Shown here: positions 58,041 to 64,000 of the stretch, piece after piece
Layout of the letters: every line of letters begins with the position of its first letter
Numbering within the stretch: position 1 is the stretch's first letter
Assembly (NCBI GenBank): GCA_035528795.1
Contig: DATKXY010000098.1
Coordinates: 4,215-68,214, forward strand
DNA from: an archaeon
GTDB lineage: Bacteria; Gemmatimonadota; Glassbacteria; GWA2-58-10
DNA: 64,000 nucleotides
Reading direction: 5' to 3'
Position numbers and translations under genes: made by a program
Notes under the pieces: generated by a model
Database searches by the model: none
Told to the model about the DNA's origin: nothing
Seen by the model: only the letters and a program-made list of their open reading frames with translations

Positions 58041-58991
58041 CACTTTGTTTACTCTCAGCTCGTGGCTGCTGTCCCTGCGGGTGTACTCGTAATAGTACCA
58101 CAGAGTATTGTCCACGATCAAAGCGTCCATGTAGCGTATGCAGCCGTAAGGGCTCCGGATCCAGGGCCCGTCCGTGCTGACCCTTCTCCAGTGTTCGAGG
58201 TCGTGGCTCACGGCCACGCCGCAGTGCTCTTCGTACATGTCGTAAGCCGTGGTGCCGCCGTCGAAAAAGCCCACGTACACAGGCGGCAGATAGATAACGG
58301 AATTGATCCTGGCGCGGGCCAGGCCCCATTCGCCGGGAGCCCCTCTTCCGGGCTCGAAAACATACCGGAATTCTTTGAAATAGCGGCCGTCCGGGCTGGT
58401 CATCAGCCCAGTGGCGTCGCTCCCCAGAGGATGGCGCACCCCGTTCTCATCCTCATACCACTCCAGGCGCGGTTTGACATTCACAAACAAGTAATAGAGC
58501 CCGCCGACAATATAAGCCTTGGGGTCCTTGACCTGGCTGAGGCCGTATTCCTCAGGCTGGATCACTGTGCGATGGTGCCAGGGGTCGAAATCCCTGGGGT
58601 GGCCGGCCTCGATAAGATCCACGCGCCAGGGCCCGCCGCCTTTCTGCTGGTAGCTGATATACAGGCGCCAGATACCGCTCGGCGGGTCTTTAATCAGCGC
58701 GCCCACCTCGATAGACTCGGCATCGAGCTGCTCCTTGGCGGCCTCCCAGATATCCCTGAATACGAAACCGTCTTCCGATTCGGCAATCCGGCACTTGCCT
58801 CCTCTTCCCTTGCCCAGGGGTTTGCGCAGACGGTAGTAAAGGTAAAACTTTCCCTCCCCTGGATCGTAGATCACGTTATGGCCGCCGGCCCAGTAACCGT
58901 AACCCTCGCCTTCCGGCTCGAGAACTGTCGTGCCCTGCTCGGGATCGAACCTGGGCGGAACTCCGAAATAACGCTGGCCTGATAAGGACAT
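58029..58991 (-). CDS. Beta-propeller glycoside-hydrolase-like protein (GH32/43/130-clan-like), no signal peptide
   Basis: Repeated beta-sheet blades with the pattern W.G......D...G.fYLYYR ... VKDP....VGGLYYLFV ... SPDG. The family assignment is tentative. Confidence 0.35.
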   Translation of the reverse strand: MSLSGQRYFGVPPRFDPEQGTTVLEPEGEGYGYWAGGHNVIYDPGEGKFYLYYRLRKPLGKGRGGKCRIAESEDGFVFRDIWEAAKEQLDAESIEVGALIKDPPSGIWRLYISYQQKGGGPWRVDLIEAGHPRDFDPWHHRTVIQPEEYGLSQVKDPKAYIVGGLYYLFVNVKPRLEWYEDENGVRHPLGSDATGLMTSPDGRYFKEFRYVFEPGRGAPGEWGLARARINSVIYLPPVYVGFFDGGTTAYDMYEEHCGVAVSHDLEHWRRVSTDGPWIRSPYGCIRYMDALIVDNTLWYYYEYTRRDSSHELRVNKVELS

Positions 58992-59353
58992 CCAACCTCC
59001 CGCGATTCATATTTGGATTGGACTGGATAATAAAATCGTAATATCAGAAAATTTAGAGCAGAATAAGAAGATAATCAACAAGGATTATCCGAAACGAACA
59101 GAACGGCACGGCAAAATCCAGATAAAAATTGCAGTTATTCTTCATTCAGTTTATTATATTTTCCGGTTCGGGAGTCGAAACATAGATTGACTTTCCTGCC
59201 GCTTTTTTAATCAAAATCATTTCACCGGAGCTGCCAGGAACGCTTATTCCAAATAATTATCAAGCACTTTTGGACCGGGAACCAGGTTCAGCGTCCGGTT
59301 TCTGTTGGCGAATTCCGGATATTATCTTCTTACCCTTTTAAAAGGGGCCAGAG

Positions 59354-60775
59354 ATGAAGAAAAAATTTTCACAGCCTCCAGTCCGACCGATAAGCCGCCG
59401 CCGTTTTCTTGAAGCTTCAAGCCTCGGGCTGGCCGGTATGGCTGCCTCCAGTCTTATGCATAGTGAATCTCCCGCCGCTTCCGCCAATGCTGAGCAGCCA
59501 GGGGCCGGGCGCCCCAATATCGTGCTCCTGATTGCCGATGACACCGGCTGGAACGATGTAGGCTACCACCACTCTGAAATCAGTACTCCGAATATCGACA
59601 GGATGGCTGAAAAAGGCGTGGTAATGGACCAGTTCTACGCCTGCCCCACCTGCTCGCCGACCAGGGCTGCTATTCTCATGGGCCGGCCTCCCAGCAGATA
59701 CGGCATTCTGGCCCCTATCGCCGGGCGCAGCACCCTGTCTCTGCCTATCGGTGAGCCGACTTTGCCCTCCATCCTCGGTCGCGCCGGGTACAGGACCACG
59801 CAGATCGGCAAATGGCACCTGGGCTTGAAACCTGAGGTAGGCCCCCGCAAGTACGGTTTCGACAGCTCCTACGGGTACTTTCACGGGCAGATCGACCAGT
59901 ACACCCACATTTACAAGAACGGGGACCGGAGCTGGCATCGCAACGAAGAGTTTATCGATGAAAAAGGGCACGCCACTGACCTGATCGCCGCCGAAGCCGT
60001 AAGAATAATCAGTCAGGGCCAGGGCGAAAAGCCGTTCTTGCTTTACGTGTCATTCAGCGTGCCCCACTACCCGGTGCAGGAAGAGGAGCAGTGGGTCAAG
60101 CCCTATGAGGGTAAGATCGCCAATCAATCGCGCAGGCTCTATGCAGCCTCGATGACCCACATGGACGATGCGATCGGCCGGATACTCGAGGTCCTCGAGG
60201 AGAAGAGCCTGAGCTCCGGGACTCTGGTTATCTTTGTCAGCGACAACGGGGGCCAGAAAGACTGGACAGTCGGGGAAAACGAATACGACAACCGCCACGG
60301 CCCCTATGACCGCCTGGGCGACAACACTCCGTTCCGCGACTGGAAAGGCTCGGTGTATGAGGGCGGAATCCGCGTGCCTGCGGTATTCTACCGGCCCGGG
60401 GAACTCGCTCCGCGCCGGGTGACTGCTCTATCACATGTCATGGACCTGCTGCCTACCCTGGCCGCACTCGGGGGAGCGGTGATCCCCGCAGGTAAGATAG
60501 TCGAGGGAATCGATATCCGGCCTGCGCTCCAGGGCAATCCCCTGTCCAAAGAGCGGACCCTGTACTGGAACACAGGCAGTCAGCTTGCAGTCCGGCGGGG
60601 AGATTGGAAATTGATCCAGAACGGCCCGTCTCTTGATCAGGGCACAGTGGAGCTTTACGACATTGCCGAGGATCCTTATGAAAAAAAGGACCTGGCAGGC
60701 GAGAGGCTGACCCTGACAACCCAGTTAAGGGAGATCATGGCCGGTCAGAGGGCGCTGGATATTATCCCGGAATGA
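59354..60775 (+). CDS. Arylsulfatase-family sulfatase with a Tat-type signal
   Basis: Twin-arginine signal ISRRRFLEASSLGLAGMAA. NIVLLIADDTGWNDVGYHH. Formylglycine motif CPTCSPTRAAILMGR (C-x-P-x-R). GKWHLG. SDNGG. Confidence 0.9.
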   Translation: MKKKFSQPPVRPISRRRFLEASSLGLAGMAASSLMHSESPAASANAEQPGAGRPNIVLLIADDTGWNDVGYHHSEISTPNIDRMAEKGVVMDQFYACPTCSPTRAAILMGRPPSRYGILAPIAGRSTLSLPIGEPTLPSILGRAGYRTTQIGKWHLGLKPEVGPRKYGFDSSYGYFHGQIDQYTHIYKNGDRSWHRNEEFIDEKGHATDLIAAEAVRIISQGQGEKPFLLYVSFSVPHYPVQEEEQWVKPYEGKIANQSRRLYAASMTHMDDAIGRILEVLEEKSLSSGTLVIFVSDNGGQKDWTVGENEYDNRHGPYDRLGDNTPFRDWKGSVYEGGIRVPAVFYRPGELAPRRVTALSHVMDLLPTLAALGGAVIPAGKIVEGIDIRPALQGNPLSKERTLYWNTGSQLAVRRGDWKLIQNGPSLDQGTVELYDIAEDPYEKKDLAGERLTLTTQLREIMAGQRALDIIPE

Positions 60776-60891
60776 CAGGTTCGCGGTTTGACTGTCCGGG
60801 CGGATAAAACGGGGCTGGAGGCAGGTTTTCAGTCAGCCATTCATGGCGCTTCGCGTGGCCCGGAAAGAAACGAAAATATATAGACCTGTAG

Positions 60892-60911
60892 GGACACAGC
60901 ATGCTGTGTCC
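60892..60911. repeat. Perfect 20-bp palindrome (REP-like)
   Basis: GGACACAGCA|TGCTGTGTCC. Confidence 0.6.
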
Positions 60912-61024
60912 GTTCATTGTTCATTATTTAAACCAAGATATTCGACCAATTGGATATATATTTTCATAGCAGACAGTAAAAAGCCCGGCTTTGCATTAAA
61001 ATTCAGCGCAGCCAGGCTATATTC

Positions 61025-61100
61025 TGGAGGCGGCGGGCGGAATCGAACCGCCGAATAAAGGTTTTGCAGACCTCTCCCTTGGCCACTTGGGTACGCCGCC
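61025..61100 (-). tRNA. tRNA-Cys (anticodon GCA), CCA encoded
   Basis: The reverse complement GGCGGCG-TA-CCCAAGTGGCCAAGGGA-GAGGT-CTGCAAA-ACCTT-TATTC-GGCGG-TTCGATT-CCGCC-CGCCGCC-T-CCA folds as a cloverleaf. Anticodon loop is CT-GCA-AA. Discriminator is U73, as expected for tRNA-Cys. Confidence 0.9.
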
Positions 61101-61110
61101 TGAAATAAAA

Positions 61111-61186
61111 TGGAGCGGGAAACGGGACTTGAACCCGCGACATCCACCTTGGCAAGGTGGCGCTCTACCAACTGAGCTATTCCCGC
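61111..61186 (-). tRNA. tRNA-Gly (anticodon GCC), CCA encoded
   Basis: The reverse complement GCGGGAA-TA-GCTC-AGTTGGTA-GAGC-G-CCACC-TTGCCAA-GGTGG-ATGTC-GCGGG-TTCAAGT-CCCGT-TTCCCGC-T-CCA folds as a cloverleaf. Confidence 0.93.
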
Positions 61187-61306
61187 TCATCTTTCCGAGA
61201 GTTGGCTTGCTGAATAATAAAAACCCGCCATTTATTTGTCAAGTCCAAATTGCCGGAATAACCCGCGCTTCTGTTAAATCATGTTTCCAGACACGAAGAC
61301 GGCTGA

Positions 61307-61585
61307 GACGAATACTACGCGGCGGCGCGCAACGCCCTGGCCCGTTCTGATGTGGACCGGGTTACCGTCGTCTTCGACACGCGGGAGCAGGTACCCTAAG
61401 CATTAGAGACAGACTGTCCAGAGGCCCTCCGCCGCGCCCTCCCTGCTGGGGATTACTCCGTCGAGGGGCGTGAGTATTCCGTGGTAGTGGAGCAAAAGGA
61501 AGGGAGAGGGTCAACGCTCCGCTTCAGCGGCGCGCGACGTGAAGCGGAGCGCGTCTTTGTGCAGCCGCTTGTTAGCCGTTTATAA
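61307..61585 (+). pseudogene. Truncated ERCC4-type nuclease-domain gene remnant with an in-frame stop
   Basis: Reads DEYYAAARNALARSDVDRVTVVFDTREQVP*ALETDCPEALRRALPAGDYSVEGREYSVVVEQKEGRG... The blocks DTREQ.P, L..GDYSV.G and vvvE(R/Q)K match small bacterial ERCC4-domain proteins. It is only about 90 codons long and is GC-rich compared with the adjacent AT-rich gene. Confidence 0.45.
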
Positions 61586-62116
61586 AAAGGGTTCATTAGA
61601 ACACTCCTTCAAAATTGTTATCATCTTTTGCTTATCGATGCCATCGGCATATGTCGCAATATTCTTTGACAGAGCAAAAAAACAGACGCAATAAACCTTA
61701 TGCCCATCTTTACGCCTCTTTGAGTATTCTATATGATCAAACCCTAGATCCAACATTAGCTTTATGCCTGATTCAGAAGCTCCAATTGCATATATACTTT
61801 TTACTTGGGATGGTGTGCATATTCGTCTTATAAGTTCAGGAGTGTTCATAATGCACTTATACGCCGTAAGAGGATTTCCTTTGTCGCATTCTGAAAGGGC
61901 AACAAAACTTTCAATATAGAGCGAACTTATTCCCTCACTTTCTTGTGGTGAGTATAACGAATCACCTCGTATCTCTCTTTCGATAATTTCGCCATTAAGA
62001 AATCTTGTCAACGTCGCCATCTTTAGTGGAAGAATATCTATGTTCCCACAACGATGTCCATTTCGATCTTTAATTATGGAGAAACCAGTAGGATTGGCTT
62101 TAAACCATTCCAACAT
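61580..62116 (-). CDS. Hypothetical protein (possibly GNAT-like), AT-rich, possibly 5'-truncated
   Basis: 178-aa ORF. The frame stays open for about 45 codons upstream of the ATG (NQIFYPCNPRFRIYREHKHYSISPATEEDICWAAEAAERVYSGIDIIPSKL-M...) with no ATG/GTG/TTG. The ISPATEEDI... stretch resembles a GNAT N-terminus. Confidence 0.3.
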   Translation of the reverse strand: MLEWFKANPTGFSIIKDRNGHRCGNIDILPLKMATLTRFLNGEIIEREIRGDSLYSPQESEGISSLYIESFVALSECDKGNPLTAYKCIMNTPELIRRICTPSQVKSIYAIGASESGIKLMLDLGFDHIEYSKRRKDGHKVYCVCFFALSKNIATYADGIDKQKMITILKECSNEPFL

Positions 62117-62709
62117 GAGTTTAGAGGGGATAATGTCAATTCCTGAGTATACACGTTCTGCTGCTTCTGCTGCCCAGCATATATCTTCTTCGGTAGCTGG
62201 TGAAATGCTATAATGTTTGTGTTCTCTATATATTCGGAATCGCGGATTGCACGGATAAAAAATTTGATTTCACGGATAGCCCCTCCCCGCACATCCATTG
62301 CTATCCTGGCGGGGGTGGGGAACCGTGTCATCCGGGCAACATCCGTGTCATCCGTGATTCTGAGAACAGAAAATACCTGAAAATTTGTCAATAATGCGGA
62401 TTACAAAACTTCCGGTTCGAGTTCGTTCATAATAGACTAAAGGGCCTGAATCTTTTCCGTTTTTATTAAAGAGTTCTGGTCTTTTTACTTTTTCAGATTC
62501 AGGCTAAATTACAATTTAAACCGTGTCCACACTTGAGAATCGGTAATATGTAACTGAAATAAAATCTCATTGAATTCAAAGTATTTACAGATCAATTGAT
62601 TCTTTTTATTTTATAAAGTTCAATTTCTCAGGATTATACTCATCAAGCAAATCAAGCTTCTTCCGGGCAAGCTAAAATTATCAAGACGGTTATCGATCAA
62701 GGTCATTCG

Positions 62710-64000
62710 ATGTTGAACAGACTCAAATCATTATGGCTTAAACTGTACAAGGAGCTCATCTCTCCGCTGATCAAATTGATCAGCTGGTCGGAAAACCGCT
62801 CTTTTCTGATAGTTGCCGTTGCTATCGGGATCCTGGGCGGCTTCGGGGCGGTGCTGTTCCGCTGGCTGATCAGCGCACTCAAATTTGTTTTTTTCGGGCC
62901 GGGCGATAATCTGCTGGAGGTGGCCCTGAGCCTTCCCTGGTGGCAGAGAGCGGCCATTCCCGCTATCGGCGGGCTGGTTTTAGCCCCGTTCATCAGGTAC
63001 TTTGCCAGGGAAACCAAGGGCCATGGTGTTCCGGAAGTTATGGAGTCCCTGGTCTTGCGCGCCGGACGGATAAAGCCGCGGACCATTTTCACCCGGGCCA
63101 TGGCCTCGGCGATTACAATCGCCAGCGGCGGCTCGGTGGGCCGGGAAGGTCCGATCGTGCAGATCGGCTCGGCTATCGGCTCGACTGTGGGCCAGTTTCT
63201 CAAAGCTTCAGAAAGCAGGATGAGAACCCTGGTCGGCTGCGGAGCTGCGGCGGGTATGGCCGCGACCTTCAATGCCCCCCTGGGCGGAGCCCTGTTTGCA
63301 GTCGAGGTCATCCTGGGCGATTTCGGCCTGGCCCAGATCACTCCCATAATTATCTCGAGCGTGGCTGGAACCGCTATCTCCAGGTATTTCCTGGGCAATT
63401 TCCCGGCTTTCGAGTTCCACCCTCCCCCCATTGTAAGTCACTTCGAGCTGCTCTTTTACGCGATCCTGGGCCTGAGCGCCGGAATCCTGGCCTGGCTTTA
63501 TGTCACTGTCCTGTACCGCAGCGAAGACCTTTTCGAATCCATCTCCATTCCAGCCTGGATCAAACCGGCTCTCGGGGGACTGCTTGTCGGCTTGATCGGC
63601 ATCTGGTTCCCGCATGTTTTCAGCACAGGGTACGAATCGATTAATTTGGCTCTGCAAAGGAACCTGCCGCTTATCATGCTCCTGGCCCTGGCTTTTATCA
63701 AGCTGTTCGCCACCTCGATCACTATCGGCAGCGGGGGCTCAGGAGGCGTGTTCGCCCCGGCGCTCTTTCAGGGAGCCATGCTCGGCGGCTTCATGGGGGC
63801 CCTTTTCCACCTGGCTTTCCCGAACCTTACCGCCCCTTACGGGTCCTATGCACTGGTGGGAATGGGGGCCATGATTGCCGGATCCATGCAAGCGCCGATC
63901 ACAGTGATAATGATGATCTTCGAATTGACCAATGATTACACGATCATCCTGCCGGTGATGACCTCGAGCATTATCAGCACCCTGGTGGCCTACAGGCTGC
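62710..64000 (+). CDS. ClC-family voltage-gated chloride channel / H+-Cl- antiporter. The 3' end runs off the right edge of the window.
   Basis: Absent from the ORF track because there is no stop in the window. Translation from ATG 62710 reads MLNRLKSLW...GHGVPEVMESL...GGSVGREGPIVQIGSAIG...GAAAGMAATFNAPLGGALFAVEV...GSGGSGGVFAPALF...PITVIMMIFELT. These are the GxGIPE-like, GREGP and GxFxP selectivity motifs of ClC proteins. Confidence 0.88.
   Translation, partial: MLNRLKSLWLKLYKELISPLIKLISWSENRSFLIVAVAIGILGGFGAVLFRWLISALKFVFFGPGDNLLEVALSLPWWQRAAIPAIGGLVLAPFIRYFARETKGHGVPEVMESLVLRAGRIKPRTIFTRAMASAITIASGGSVGREGPIVQIGSAIGSTVGQFLKASESRMRTLVGCGAAAGMAATFNAPLGGALFAVEVILGDFGLAQITPIIISSVAGTAISRYFLGNFPAFEFHPPPIVSHFELLFYAILGLSAGILAWLYVTVLYRSEDLFESISIPAWIKPALGGLLVGLIGIWFPHVFSTGYESINLALQRNLPLIMLLALAFIKLFATSITIGSGGSGGVFAPALFQGAMLGGFMGALFHLAFPNLTAPYGSYALVGMGAMIAGSMQAPITVIMMIFELTNDYTIILPVMTSSIISTLVAYRL

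Noticed and set aside
60914-61171. 85-aa minus-strand ORF (MVERHLAKVDVAGSSPVSRS...)
   Set aside because: It is the translation of the two tRNA genes and their spacer, which is a classic tRNA-overlap artefact.
62074-62391. 105-aa minus-strand ORF overlapping the start of 61580..62116
   Set aside because: Most of it is a translation of short CACGGAT/GACACGG-type DNA repeats and a GC-rich palindromic segment (CCCCTCCCCGC...GCGGGGGTGGGG). It is in a different frame from the plausible upstream extension of the neighbouring gene.
1-64000. Scan for CRISPR arrays, rRNA genes, intact IS transposases, integrases and prophage structural genes
   Set aside because: None were found. The only mobile-element proteins are two decayed RayT fragments, and the only regularly repeated DNA is described in the findings.

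Overview
This is a 64-kb chromosomal segment from a diderm bacterium whose phylum I cannot resolve from sequence alone. The backbone is moderately GC-rich and carries several visibly AT-rich insertions.

Housekeeping backbone:
- Partial SSF symporter, then the folP-ftsH-tilS block, valS, fhs, acpS and rarA.
- An overlapping string of ABC-F ATPase, hflX and pdxJ, followed by yqeK, then rbsK.
- An Rrf2-metY-metX-metW operon.
- tRNA-Cys(GCA) and tRNA-Gly(GCC).
- A ClC channel that runs off the right edge.

Accessory content:
- A two-gene SIR2-HerA anti-phage module (39840-43494) sits in an AT-rich island. The same island holds two secreted repeat proteins with duplicated 190-bp upstream regions and a REC-kinase with a degenerate H-box.
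- An envelope cluster of metallophosphoesterase, DUF4956, CotH and VTC (11753-16977).
- A sulfatase and glycoside-hydrolase-like cluster (53115-60775).
- An isolated AT-rich PD-(D/E)XK nuclease gene.
- Decayed RayT-type (REP-associated tyrosine transposase) fragments with GC-rich REP-like palindromes.
- A decayed remnant island next to the tRNAs.

The feature least explained by standard annotation is a non-coding repeat family of about 525 bp:
- There are three full copies and one internally deleted 118-bp copy.
- The ends are flanked by TA and carry short imperfect terminal inverted repeats.
- One end carries a conserved outward-facing promoter-like motif.
- Two inverted copies bracket a 4.1-kb frameshifted glycoside-hydrolase-like gene.

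I found no rRNA, no CRISPR array, and no intact transposase or integrase. All calls rest on reading the translations and the DNA by eye. No database searches were run.
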